DNA of 64,000 bases from the NCBI RefSeq assembly GCF_043722275.1, contig NZ_JAYSPC010000028.1:22693-86692 (forward strand). The letters are read 5' to 3'. Below are positions 54,697-64,000 of the stretch, piece after piece (position 1 is the stretch's first letter; each line of letters starts with the position of its first letter). Under the pieces are notes generated by a model. It saw only the letters and a list, made by a program, of their open reading frames with translations, was not told the origin of the DNA and searched no databases. The DNA comes from Flavobacterium sp. (GTDB lineage: Bacteria > Bacteroidota > Bacteroidia > Flavobacteriales > Flavobacteriaceae). Position numbers and translations under genes: made by a program.

Positions 54697-55557
54697 TTAT
54701 TTTCCAGCTTTAAATAAAAACTCTTTTTCTTCTTTTGTCAGACAATCATAACCGGACTGGCTAATTTTATCTAAAATTTCATCTATCTGTTGTTGCGTTT
54801 TGTCTTTCGTAACAATTCTTGATGTAACTTTTTCTGTAGGTTTTTTGTAATTCTTATGAACTTTTGTGAAAGGGGTCGTAGGGGATTTTCTAAAAAGATT
54901 AGTAAAGAAATCTAATGTTTTAGATATTACTATACTTAAATCAGTTCCGTTTTGAAGCAATTTTATAAATATAAATCCAAAAAATGCTCCGGCTAAATGT
55001 GATATATGTCCGCCAGTATTATCTAAACGGAATTGCATTAAATCAAGAACCAGAATTACCGCTGTAATATGCCAAAGTTTAACGTTGCCAATAAGCAATA
55101 ATCGTACATTCATTAATGGCTGATAGGTTGTTACCGCAACTAAAATTGCCATAATTGCAGCCGAAGCTCCAACAATAGATCCAGCAACATTTAAAAAATA
55201 AAAACTCAATGAAAAAACAACACCGGAAAAAATAGCGCTTAAAATGTATAAACCTAAATATTGTTTTTGAGTAAAAAAGGTCATGAATAAATTGCTGGCA
55301 AAATTCAAAACCATCATATTAAACAGTAAATGCAAAAATGTAGCATGAAAAAATGCATAAGTCAAAAATGTCCACGGTTTAAACATAAACACATTTGGAT
55401 CTGATGATAATGCAAGCCAATTTGGATACACAAAACTACCTCCGGAATATTGGAAGAATGCTAAAGAAATCAGGAAACAAGCAATATTCCAATAAATAAC
55501 ACGCATTGCGATACCGCCTAATTTATATTGTAGTTTTAAATCATCAAGAATATTCAT
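54697..55557 (-). CDS. Rhomboid family intramembrane serine protease with C-terminal soluble tail
   Basis: HLLFNM, GASAA, GHISHLAG; IDEILDKISQSGY. Confidence 0.9.
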   Translation of the reverse strand: MNILDDLKLQYKLGGIAMRVIYWNIACFLISLAFFQYSGGSFVYPNWLALSSDPNVFMFKPWTFLTYAFFHATFLHLLFNMMVLNFASNLFMTFFTQKQYLGLYILSAIFSGVVFSLSFYFLNVAGSIVGASAAIMAILVAVTTYQPLMNVRLLLIGNVKLWHITAVILVLDLMQFRLDNTGGHISHLAGAFFGFIFIKLLQNGTDLSIVISKTLDFFTNLFRKSPTTPFTKVHKNYKKPTEKVTSRIVTKDKTQQQIDEILDKISQSGYDCLTKEEKEFLFKAGK

Positions 55558-55600
55558 AAAAGCTTCTTTTGGTTTTTATTTGCGCTATTAAAATTAGAAA

Positions 55601-56350
55601 TTAATTCCAACGATTACTATTAAACTGATTCTTTTTCCAATACCACATAATTAAAAATCCAGTTAAAGCTCCGCCAACGTGTGCAAAATGAGCAATTCCT
55701 GTACCACCGCTTCCAAACAAAGAGTTGCCTCTAAATCCTAAAAATAAATCAATTGCTAAAATTCCGGGAACAAAATATTTAGCTTTAATAGGAATAGGGA
55801 TAAACATAAGAGCTAACTCAGCATTAGGAAACATAAAGGCAAAAGCGGTTAATAACCCATAAATTGCACCAGAAGCCCCTACGACTGTACCAATATAAGA
55901 ATCAGTAAAACTTTCAAATTGTGAAACCGAAACTAAATCCTGCCATCTCGTATCTATTTTGCCTTCGCTTAAAAGCTTCAAAATCTCCTCTTTTTGATAT
56001 CCATTAGTCATTAAAACATTCATTGTCTCATGAAAAGAGTAATAATTTACCGCTGTATGTAATAGTGCAGCTCCTAACCCACATGAAATATAAAAAAATA
56101 AAAACTTTTTACCTCCCCAAAAATGTTCTAACGCAGAACCAAAAGATACCATTGCAATCATATTGAAAGCAATATGCATAATGCCGCCATGCATAAACAT
56201 ATGTGTAATAGGCTGCCACGCTTTGAAACTTGGATTTTCCGGAAAAAACATAGCAAAATATTCATAAGAAACCGGAACTAATTGAGAACCAATAAAAAAT
56301 ATGATATTAATTATCAACAATTGTTTTACTACGGGAGTCATATTCATCAT
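55601..56350 (-). CDS. Rhomboid family intramembrane serine protease
   Basis: HIAFNM, VGASGA, AHFAHVGG. Confidence 0.9.
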   Translation of the reverse strand: MMNMTPVVKQLLIINIIFFIGSQLVPVSYEYFAMFFPENPSFKAWQPITHMFMHGGIMHIAFNMIAMVSFGSALEHFWGGKKFLFFYISCGLGAALLHTAVNYYSFHETMNVLMTNGYQKEEILKLLSEGKIDTRWQDLVSVSQFESFTDSYIGTVVGASGAIYGLLTAFAFMFPNAELALMFIPIPIKAKYFVPGILAIDLFLGFRGNSLFGSGGTGIAHFAHVGGALTGFLIMWYWKKNQFNSNRWN

Positions 56351-58266
56351 AAGGCAAACTTTTTATCTATATCTTCCACACGCATTGTGATGAAAGTTGG
56401 TTTTTGAAAAGGTGAAATATTTGGATCTTTACAAGCAAACAAACCGTTTACCAGATTATCTTGTTCTTTTTCGGTTAAATAAGATCCTGTTTTAACCGCT
56501 AAACTTTTTGCCATTGATTTGGCAATAGTATCGTTTTGACTGTAACTGCTTGCAGGAATTCCGTCTTGCAAATCGCTTAATAATTGTTCAATTACCATTG
56601 AAACTTCACTTTCAGTAATGTTTACAGGAATTCCCGAAATCACAATATGATCTGTTTGCGCGTCTTCAAAAACAAAACCTGTAGTTTCTAAAGATGGTTT
56701 CAATTCTTCGATCAGCGTCATTTCATCTGAAGAATAAAACAAATTCAACGGAAACAATAATTGCTGACTTGAAGCCTGATTCACAGTCATATTCAATAAA
56801 AATTGCTCGTACAAAATACGTTGATGCGCACGTTGCTGATCAACGATTACCATTCCGGATTTTATTGGCGAAACAATATATTTTTTATGAATTTGGTACG
56901 CTCCCTGACTTGCCTGCTCGATTTCATTATCATTAAACAATGACGAAGTTACTTCTTCCTCATTTTCGAATGTAAAAGGCGAACTTTCAATTGTATCAGT
57001 TTCTAAACCTACATATAAACTTTCCCATGTTGCCGTTGGTTCTACTCTTTTATTATATCCCGAATACGAACCTGAACCTGAACCCGATCCGGAACTGTAA
57101 ACAGAACCTGATCCTGAACCAGAACCGGATTTAGAATAATGCTGATTTGTTTTATCATCCGTAAACGGATTAAAACTTCCATCAACCTGAATTGTAGGCG
57201 TTTCACCTTCTAAATCTTTATAATGATATGGTGTATCTAAATTAGCATCACGATCAAAATCAAGAACAGGCGAAACATTAAATTGTCCTAAACTATGTTT
57301 GATCGACGCTCTTAAAATAGCGTATAATGCTTGTTCATCATCAAACTTAATTTCTGTTTTAGTGGGATGAATGTTGATATCGATTGTATTTGGGGGAACT
57401 TGTAAATAAAGGAAATAACTTGGTTGCGAGCCGTCTTTCAAAAGTCCGTCGTAAGCTGCCATTACCGCGTGATGCAAATAACCGCTTTTAATGAAACGAT
57501 CGTTTACAAAAAAGAATTGTTCTCCTCTATTTTTCTTCGCAAATTCGGGTTTTGAGACAAATCCCTGAATATTAATAATCTCTGTATCTTCGTTAACAGG
57601 TACTAATTTTTCATTGGTTTTACCGGACATAATCCCAACAATACGTTGACGATAACCTGCTGCGGGCAAATTATACATTTCGCTTCCATTATGATAAAAC
57701 GTAAAATGAATGTTTGGGTGCGCCAATGCTACACGCTGAAACTCATCCATCACATGACGAAATTCAACCGTATCTGATTTTAAGAAGTTACGTCGCGCCG
57801 GAATATTGAAAAATAAATTTTTAACGGCAAATGAAGTTCCTTTTGGTAAAACTGCCACTTCCTGTGAAACAAATTTACTTCCTTCAATTATAATATGTGT
57901 TCCCAGTTCTTCCTGATCCTGTCTGGTTTTCATTTCCATATGTGCAATCGCCGCGATAGAAGCCAGTGCTTCACCACGAAAACCTTTTGTACACAAGGAG
58001 AATAAATCTTCCGCCTGGCGGATTTTAGAAGTGGCGTGACGTTCAAAACACAAACGCGCATCAGTCACGCTCATTCCTGAACCATTATCGATAACCTGAA
58101 CTAATGATTTTCCTGCATCTTTAATAATCAATTTAATGTCAGTTGCTTTTGCATCAACAGCATTTTCTAACAGCTCTTTTACAACTGAAGCAGGTCTTTG
58201 AACCACTTCTCCAGCGGCAATTTGGTTAGCAACGTGATCAGGAAGTAATTGAATAATACTGGACAT
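56347..58266 (-). CDS. mutL: DNA mismatch repair protein MutL
   Basis: NQIAAGEVVQRPASVVKELLEN, GFRGEALASI, NIHPTKTEIKF, DQQRAHQRI. Confidence 0.97.
   Translation of the reverse strand: MSSIIQLLPDHVANQIAAGEVVQRPASVVKELLENAVDAKATDIKLIIKDAGKSLVQVIDNGSGMSVTDARLCFERHATSKIRQAEDLFSLCTKGFRGEALASIAAIAHMEMKTRQDQEELGTHIIIEGSKFVSQEVAVLPKGTSFAVKNLFFNIPARRNFLKSDTVEFRHVMDEFQRVALAHPNIHFTFYHNGSEMYNLPAAGYRQRIVGIMSGKTNEKLVPVNEDTEIINIQGFVSKPEFAKKNRGEQFFFVNDRFIKSGYLHHAVMAAYDGLLKDGSQPSYFLYLQVPPNTIDINIHPTKTEIKFDDEQALYAILRASIKHSLGQFNVSPVLDFDRDANLDTPYHYKDLEGETPTIQVDGSFNPFTDDKTNQHYSKSGSGSGSGSVYSSGSGSGSGSYSGYNKRVEPTATWESLYVGLETDTIESSPFTFENEEEVTSSLFNDNEIEQASQGAYQIHKKYIVSPIKSGMVIVDQQRAHQRILYEQFLLNMTVNQASSQQLLFPLNLFYSSDEMTLIEELKPSLETTGFVFEDAQTDHIVISGIPVNITESEVSMVIEQLLSDLQDGIPASSYSQNDTIAKSMAKSLAVKTGSYLTEKEQDNLVNGLFACKDPNISPFQKPTFITMRVEDIDKKFAL
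57058..57130 (-). repeat. In-frame Ser-Gly hexanucleotide tandem repeats in the MutL linker
   Basis: Encodes SGSGSGSVYSSGSGSGSGSYSG. Confidence 0.85.
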
Positions 58267-58374
58267 TAAGAAAAAAAGGTTTAAAGGTTAAGGTTAAAAA
58301 TTTTGAAACCAAGAAGCACAAATTTAATGAATTTCTCTTGGCTTTTAGAATAACTGCTATCATAAAAAAAACAA

Positions 58375-58408
58375 AAAACCTATACTATTTTTACACAGTA
58401 TAGGTTTT
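58375..58408 (-). terminator. Terminator-like hairpin between ribH and mutL
   Basis: aaaacctatact/agtataggtttt. Confidence 0.7.
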
Positions 58409-58430
58409 AGTATTTTAAAACAAATGTGCT

Positions 58431-59003
58431 TTATTCTTTCTCGATCTTTATTGGTGTTTCTTCAATTTGGATTGCTCCAGAAGACAACAAAGGTTGATTA
58501 AATGGGTGCGACATTGAAGCTTGCTGGCGAATATATGCCATTTTGATAGCAGCAATTGCAGCTTCAGTTCCTTTGTTTCCGTGAATTCCTCCACTTCTGT
58601 CAATTGACTGTTGGATATTATTATCTGTTAAGACACAAAAAATAACCGGGATATCAGTTTGAACATTCAAATCTTTAATTCCCTGCGTTACGCCTTCGCA
58701 TACAAAATCAAAATGCTTGGTTTGTCCCTGAATTACACATCCAATTACAATAACCGCATCTACATTTTGCGTTTGCAGCATTTTTTTTGCACCATAAATC
58801 AGCTCAAAACTTCCGGGAACATTCCAGCGGATAATTTGTCGGGCAGGAACTTCATTATCAATTAATGCATCAAAAGCACCATTGTAAAGTCCTTCAGTTA
58901 TAGTTTCATTCCACTCAGAAACAACAATCCCAAATCGAAAGTCTTTCGCATTTGGGATCGTGTTTTTATCGTATTCTGATAAATTTTTATTTTCGGTAGC
59001 CAT
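58431..59003 (-). CDS. ribH: 6,7-dimethyl-8-ribityllumazine synthase
   Basis: IVVSEWN, VPGSFEL, GCVIQGQTKHFDFVC, PVIFCVLT, NKGTEAA. Confidence 0.95.
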   Translation of the reverse strand: MATENKNLSEYDKNTIPNAKDFRFGIVVSEWNETITEGLYNGAFDALIDNEVPARQIIRWNVPGSFELIYGAKKMLQTQNVDAVIVIGCVIQGQTKHFDFVCEGVTQGIKDLNVQTDIPVIFCVLTDNNIQQSIDRSGGIHGNKGTEAAIAAIKMAYIRQQASMSHPFNQPLLSSGAIQIEETPIKIEKE

Positions 59004-59009
59004 CTGTAA

Positions 59010-59095
59010 TATTTTTGATTTTTGATTTTCGTCCCGAAGCCTCGGGATAGATTGTTAATACAAATCTACAATCTTAAATCTAAAGTCTAAAATTT
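59010..59095. repeat. Heptad GATTTTA/TAAAATC palindromic repeat carrying an embedded mini-palindrome (59031-59047)
   Basis: ttttgatttttgattttc[gtcccgaagcctcggga]tagattg..aatctacaatcttaaatctaaagtctaaaa. Confidence 0.7.
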
Positions 59096-59881
59096 TTATT
59101 GCGCTAATCCTATCAATACATCAACAGAAGCAGCTTCAGGAGTTGTATCGTAGTTATCTTTGATATCTGTTAAATACTTCAAAGCATCTTCTTTTTGACC
59201 TAAAGCCAAAGCAGTTTTACCGGCTTTTAATAAGAAACGAGGCGTTGTAAAGTCATTTTTGTTTGATTCAGCAGCTTTTACATAATAGTCTAAAGCTTCT
59301 TTTTGTTGGTTTTTTTGAGAATAAGCATCTCCAATTGCACCTTTTGCCAAAGCGCTTAAAATTAAATCATCTGATTTAAAATCACCTAAATACTTAATTG
59401 CATCATCAAATTTACCAGTATTTAAATATGCCATTCCAGCATAGTAATTCGCTAAATTTCCCGCATCAGTTCCAGAATATTCGTCAGCAATTTTCACGAA
59501 TCCGAATTTACCTTCAGAACCATTTAAAGCTAATTTATATAATGAATCGCTTGCTACACCATCAGTTGCTTTTTGAAAGTTTTGTTGAGCAACAAACATT
59601 TCTGTTGCAGCTTCGTCTTGTTTAGGAGCTTCAATGAATTTTTGGTAAGCCAAATATCCAATAGTAGCAATTGCAATACCGGCAACTAAACCAATAATGA
59701 TTTTTTGATTTTTAGCAACCCAATCCTCAGTTTTTGAAGCAGTTTCATCTAATTTAGAAAAAACGTCAGCTGTAGTACTATTTTTTCCATCAAGAATTAC
59801 TTGTTGTTCTTCATTTACAACTTCTTCTTTAACTTCCTTTTCCTTTGGTGCCTTATATCCTCTTTTATTGTAAGTAGCCAT
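59096..59881 (-). CDS. Membrane-anchored TPR protein (YfgM-like)
   Basis: Single TM followed by TPR helices (YYAGMAYL..AIKYL; GDAYSQ; LLKAG). Confidence 0.82.
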   Translation of the reverse strand: MATYNKRGYKAPKEKEVKEEVVNEEQQVILDGKNSTTADVFSKLDETASKTEDWVAKNQKIIIGLVAGIAIATIGYLAYQKFIEAPKQDEAATEMFVAQQNFQKATDGVASDSLYKLALNGSEGKFGFVKIADEYSGTDAGNLANYYAGMAYLNTGKFDDAIKYLGDFKSDDLILSALAKGAIGDAYSQKNQQKEALDYYVKAAESNKNDFTTPRFLLKAGKTALALGQKEDALKYLTDIKDNYDTTPEAASVDVLIGLAQ

Positions 59882-60111
59882 TTAAATTTAATTTAGTGAA
59901 CGGCAAAAATAAAATTTTTATTGAAACTAAAGCAAAAAAAAGCAAATTTATATCCATTTTAAAAAAATAATTCACTAAACAGCTTCTTCTTGCTGTTTTA
60001 CAGCGAAATAATTCGTCTTGAAACCCGCTAAAAATCTAATTATTTGGTAATTTGCATTTGATTATTTTCTACTCATTATTAAGTTGCAAATCTCCCAAAA
60101 AGTAATTTTTA

Positions 60112-60200
60112 GCCACAGATTTCACAGATTCTCACAGATTAAGAATTTATTAAATTAAATTTGCTGAAACAAAATCCTTTTTAATCCTTTCATCTGTGGC
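60112..60200. repeat. GCCACAGATT-family palindromic element
   Basis: gccacagatttcacagatt..aatcctttcatctgtggc. Confidence 0.75.
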
Positions 60201-60275
60201 AGAAAAAAACCTAATCTGCAGGGAAAAGTCATAATTTGGACACGTTAATTCTTATCATTACAGTTTCAAACAAAA

Positions 60276-61358
60276 ATGCATTTAAATAAAATTTCTTTAT
60301 TCAATTATAAAAATTTCTCCGAAGCCAGTTTTGATTTCGACCTGAAAATAAACTGCTTTGTGGGCAAAAACGGAATTGGAAAAACCAATGTACTTGACGC
60401 AATTTATCATTTAGCTTACGGAAAAAGTTATTTTAATCCGTTAGCAGTTCAAAATATCAAACACGGAGAAGAGTTTTTTGTAATTGATGCTGAATTAGAA
60501 AAAAACGACAGAACGGAACAAATTGTTTGCAGTTTAAAAAAAGGACAAAAGAAAATCCTGAAAAGAAACGGAAAAGCATACGATAAGTTTTCAGATCATA
60601 TTGGGTTTATTCCCTTAGTAATTATTTCTCCGGCAGATCGTGATTTAATTGTTGAAGGAAGCGAAACGCGCCGTAAATTTATGGACAGCGTGATTTCGCA
60701 ATTAGATTCTACCTATTTACATCAGCTTATTCAATATCAAAAAGTAATTGTACAGCGAAATGCGCTGCTCAAATATTTTGCATTGAATCATGTTTTTGAT
60801 AATGATACCTTATCTATATATAATGAGCAGCTGAATGGTTACGGAAAATCTATTTTTGAAAAACGAAAAGATTTTCTGGAACAATTTATACCTATATTTA
60901 ATGAACACCATAAAACCATAACCGGATCTGAAGAAACGGTACAATTGGTTTATGAAAGTCATTTATTCGAAAAAGATTTATTGACGCTTTTACAGGAAAA
61001 TATCAATAGAGATCGGGCGCTTCATTATACGAGCGTTGGAATTCATAAAGACGATTTATCTTTTGAAATTGATTCACATCCCATAAAAAAATTCGGATCA
61101 CAAGGTCAGCAAAAATCTTTTTTAATTGCTTTGAAATTAGCTCAATTTGAATTTTTGAAGAAACAAAGCGGCGTAAAACCTCTTTTATTATTTGATGATA
61201 TTTTTGATAAATTAGATGAAACTCGTGTTTCTAAAATTATCGAAATGGTAAACAGCGAAACTTTCGGACAGCTTTTTATTTCGGATACGCATCCAGAACG
61301 AACCGAAGCAATCGTGAAATCAACACATCAGAGTTATAAAATGTTTAATTTAGGGTAA
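60276..61358 (+). CDS. recF: DNA replication and repair protein RecF
   Basis: GKNGIGKTN Walker A, GSQGQQKS signature, [12 protein letters not shown]. Confidence 0.96.
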   Translation: MHLNKISLFNYKNFSEASFDFDLKINCFVGKNGIGKTNVLDAIYHLAYGKSYFNPLAVQNIKHGEEFFVIDAELEKNDRTEQIVCSLKKGQKKILKRNGKAYDKFSDHIGFIPLVIISPADRDLIVEGSETRRKFMDSVISQLDSTYLHQLIQYQKVIVQRNALLKYFALNHVFDNDTLSIYNEQLNGYGKSIFEKRKDFLEQFIPIFNEHHKTITGSEETVQLVYESHLFEKDLLTLLQENINRDRALHYTSVGIHKDDLSFEIDSHPIKKFGSQGQQKSFLIALKLAQFEFLKKQSGVKPLLLFDDIFDKLDETRVSKIIEMVNSETFGQLFISDTHPERTEAIVKSTHQSYKMFNLG

Positions 61359-61367
61359 AGTTTTTTT

Positions 61368-61723
61368 TCGCCACGAATTTCACGAATTAACACGAATTAT
61401 AAAGTTACCATCCAAAATTCAAATAAAAAATCCGTTTTTATCCGCGTTTTTGCGAAGCGAATCAGTTTAATCCGTGTCTTATTTTGAGACAAGTAATCAC
61501 AAAGCAACAAAAGTCATCGCAAAGCAACCACAATCATTGTCATCCCGAGGAACGAGGAATCTCCACAAGAAACTAACACAAAGTATTTTTCTTAAATTGT
61601 AGAGCTGCTTGCGGAGATCCCTCGTTCCTCGGGATGACAAAAATGCGCAGACCAACTATGTCAAAGCTAAGCGTTAAGGCATTATTTATAAAAGTCATGC
61701 TAATTCGTGCATTTCGTGGCAAA
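61368..61723. repeat. Nested repeat cluster: GCCACGAATT outer arms enclosing an ATCCGCGT arm (61429-61478) and a GTCA hairpin (61537-61640)
   Basis: cgccacgaatttcacgaatt / aattcgtgcatttcgtggc outer inverted repeat. Confidence 0.8.
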
Positions 61724-61787
61724 CAAAACTCGAACATATAAAATCAAAATTCATTACTTTAGCAATACCATTTTTAAAATTCACCCC

Positions 61788-62486
61788 ATGAAATTGCCCA
61801 AAATTTTATTACTAATAGTTTCAGTTCTATTAATTTCGTGTAACGAAAAGAAATCGAATTCTATTGAATCAATTGCGCCAAAGGAATTTGCAGAAAAAAT
61901 TAAAACAACCGAAAATCCACAAATTTTAGACGTTAGAACTCCCGATGAATTTGAGTCGGAACATATTGATAATGCCCAAAACGTGAATTGGAATAGTGAA
62001 GATTTTGCATCAAAAGCAGGATCTTATGACAAATCAAAGCCTGTTTATGTGTATTGCTTAAGCGGAGGAAGAAGCAAAAAAGCAGCTACAAAACTGAACG
62101 AATTAGGCTTTAAGAATGTTTATGAACTCGAAGGCGGAATCATGAATTGGAATCAAGAAGGATTTGGAAAACCAACAACAACCGAAGTTGGAATGTCAAT
62201 GAACGACTTTAATGATTTATTAAATACAGATAAAAAAGTTTTGGTCGATTTTTATGCTGAATGGTGCGGACCTTGCAAACAAATGGAACCGTATATTTTG
62301 AAAATGCAAAAGGAAATGACAGATAAAGTTGTCATTATCAGAATTGATGTAGACAAAAATAAAACTCTGGCAACTCAACTTAAAATTGATCAGCTTCCGA
62401 CTTTGGTTTTATACGAAAACAAAGCGGTTCAATGGAAAAATACGGGACTTATCAGTGAAAAAGATTTAAAAAAACAACTGCAATAA
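61788..62486 (+). CDS. Lipoprotein with rhodanese-like and thioredoxin domains
   Basis: Lipobox LLISC after ATG 61788; LDVRTPDEF..HI; YCLSGGRS; WCGPC. Confidence 0.88.
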   Translation: MKLPKILLLIVSVLLISCNEKKSNSIESIAPKEFAEKIKTTENPQILDVRTPDEFESEHIDNAQNVNWNSEDFASKAGSYDKSKPVYVYCLSGGRSKKAATKLNELGFKNVYELEGGIMNWNQEGFGKPTTTEVGMSMNDFNDLLNTDKKVLVDFYAEWCGPCKQMEPYILKMQKEMTDKVVIIRIDVDKNKTLATQLKIDQLPTLVLYENKAVQWKNTGLISEKDLKKQLQ

Positions 62487-62496
62487 ATACAGAAAT

Positions 62497-63174
62497 ATGC
62501 TTACAAAAGAATCATTGCAATTTATAGACGACTTAAAAAAGAACAACAATAGAGATTGGTTTCAGGATAATAAAAAACGATATGAGATTTTCAAAAAAGA
62601 TTATCATCAATTAGTTAGTGATTTTCTGGATGCCATGAAACCGCTTGATCCTTCATTAGAATTACTTGAGATTAAAAACTGTACTTTCAGAATCAATCGT
62701 GATATTCGGTTTTCAAAAGATAAATCTCCTTACAAGGCACATTTAGGCGTTTGGCTGTCGTCTGGCGCAAAAGGTCAAAATCGTTCCGGATATTATGTAC
62801 ATATTGAAAAAGGCGCCAGTTTTATTGCGGGCGGATTTTACTCTCCGGACCCTGACCAATTAAAAAAGGTTAGAAAAGAAATCGCTTTCTTTCATGATGA
62901 TTTAGAAGTTATCTTAAAAGATAAAAACTTTAAAAAGGAATTTGGAAATTTAGATATCGACGAAAATAATTCGCTTAAAAATCCGCCAAGAGGTTACGAG
63001 AAAGACCATCCTGCAATTGAGTTTTTAAAATTAAAAAGTTTCACGACAACTCAAAAATTTGATATTTCTGAAGTCACTCAAAAAGATTTTGTCGCAAAAA
63101 TGAGCAAGAAATTAATCGCCTTAAAACCATTAAACGAATTTATTAATCGCGCTTTAGAAACAGAGGAATTTTAA
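62497..63174 (+). CDS. DUF2461 / TIGR02453-like protein
   Basis: LKKNNNRDWF; FRINRDIRFSKDKSPYK; LKNPPRGY..HP. Confidence 0.9.
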   Translation: MLTKESLQFIDDLKKNNNRDWFQDNKKRYEIFKKDYHQLVSDFLDAMKPLDPSLELLEIKNCTFRINRDIRFSKDKSPYKAHLGVWLSSGAKGQNRSGYYVHIEKGASFIAGGFYSPDPDQLKKVRKEIAFFHDDLEVILKDKNFKKEFGNLDIDENNSLKNPPRGYEKDHPAIEFLKLKSFTTTQKFDISEVTQKDFVAKMSKKLIALKPLNEFINRALETEEF

Positions 63175-63181
63175 AAATTTA

Positions 63182-63290
63182 ACCGCAAATTACGCAAATT
63201 CACAAATTTATTTAGAAAAACTAAACAGTCTAAAACTTTCAATTACAATTTCCAAAAATGCAATTTGTGCTAATTTGTGAAATTTGTGGT
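63182..63290. repeat. CGCAAATT/AATTTGTG palindromic element
   Basis: accgcaaattacgcaaattcacaaatt / aatttgtgctaatttgtgaaatttgtggt. Confidence 0.7.
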
Positions 63291-63306
63291 AAAAACCAAA
63301 TCCCAA

Positions 63307-64000
63307 ATGACTAAAAAGAAAATACTTTTTCTTGGAGAATCGTACCGTGCCGACGCTATTACATGGATGAATGGTTTGAAAGAATTTGGCGATTTTGAAA
63401 TTTGCACCTGGGAACTTCAAACGCCAAACAATACAAAACTCAACAGATTCAAGCGCATTTTAGAATACGCCTTCTCTCCTATTTCTATTCGGAAAACAAT
63501 TCGTGAGCAAAAACCCGATATGATTATCGCCGAAAGAACCACAAGTTATGGTTTTCTGGCTGCAATTTCAGGAATGCATCCTGTTGCAATCGCCCAGCAA
63601 GGCCGAACTGATTTATGGCCGGATGGTTCGGTTTTATTGCCTTTCAAGAAAATAATTCAGAAACACGCATTCAAAAAAGCCGATTTAATTCATGCCTGGG
63701 GTCCGGTTATGACAATTTCGATGAAAGCAATTGGCGTTGACATGAATAAAGTTTTGGTTATCCCAAAAGGAATTGACTTAACGCTTTTTTCGCCTTCAAT
63801 CAATAATTCGAATAAAATTGAGGCAATTGTAACGCGTTCTTTACAACCTGAATATCGACATGATTCAATCTTGAAGGCTTTTGCCATTTTACATAAAAAA
63901 GGAATTGATTTTTCTTTGACAATTGTTGGCGACGGAACTCGTTTACAATCCTTAAAAGATTTAGCCTCAGCTTTACAAATCGAAAATAAAGTAATTTTTA
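63307..64000 (+). CDS. Glycosyltransferase family 4 (partial, runs off window)
   Basis: Manual translation MTKKKILFLGESYRADAITW..VIPKGIDLTLF..TRSLQPEYRHD..LTIVGDG; missing from the ORF track. Confidence 0.85.
   Translation, partial: MTKKKILFLGESYRADAITWMNGLKEFGDFEICTWELQTPNNTKLNRFKRILEYAFSPISIRKTIREQKPDMIIAERTTSYGFLAAISGMHPVAIAQQGRTDLWPDGSVLLPFKKIIQKHAFKKADLIHAWGPVMTISMKAIGVDMNKVLVIPKGIDLTLFSPSINNSNKIEAIVTRSLQPEYRHDSILKAFAILHKKGIDFSLTIVGDGTRLQSLKDLASALQIENKVIF

Noticed and set aside
54697-56350. Tandem rhomboid proteases next to mutL as a novel system
   Set aside because: From recall this is a common, conserved Bacteroidota gene order; nothing in the sequence marks it as unusual here
57856-57871. 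parS-like sequence near parAB
   Set aside because: Only 11/16 match to TGTTTCACGTGAAACA, not palindromic, inside mutL; no convincing parS seen in the window
58431-58530. C-terminal extension of RibH
   Set aside because: In frame with a normal stop and terminator; probably a lineage-typical disordered tail with no evidence of a separate function

Overview
Chromosomal window from a low-GC Bacteroidota genome, very probably Flavobacterium (susC/susD pair, TAnnTTTG -7 promoter boxes, parA-parB-DUF5683-dapB-lepB-wbqC synteny). All family names are recognised from sequence motifs, not database searches. From left to right: (1) a radical-SAM/HhH DNA-metabolism pair (TIGR03916/TIGR03915-like); (2) a TonB-dependent receptor divergent from a MocR regulator; (3) a repeat-rich variable patch with small hypothetical genes and an AraC/pentapeptide-repeat unit; (4) a CAZyme-less susC-susD-beta-helix lipoprotein locus with a perfect LacI-type palindrome abutting its -7 box; (5) an MFS/AraC pair; (6) a copper cluster (Cys-rich secreted proteins, DUF3347, HMA-AraC, CopA, multicopper oxidase with a C-terminal beta-barrel-like domain) interrupted by a frameshifted orphan antitoxin; (7) a PadR-PspC-GIN operon, trxB and tRNA-Pro(UGG); (8) a ~10 kb integrase-less mosaic region after the tRNA; (9) core genes (rlpA, DUF2339 pair, parAB, dapB, lepB, two rhomboids, mutL, ribH, recF, GT4). 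The best candidate for an undescribed system is the AT-rich cassette directly after tRNA-Pro: XRE regulator / small secreted 2-Cys protein / GLPGLI protein / large outer-membrane barrel. It is bracketed exactly by two inverted copies of one identical 34-bp hairpin. The intergenic DNA also carries several nested families of palindromic miniature elements. No CRISPR array, rRNA, integrase or transposase was seen.
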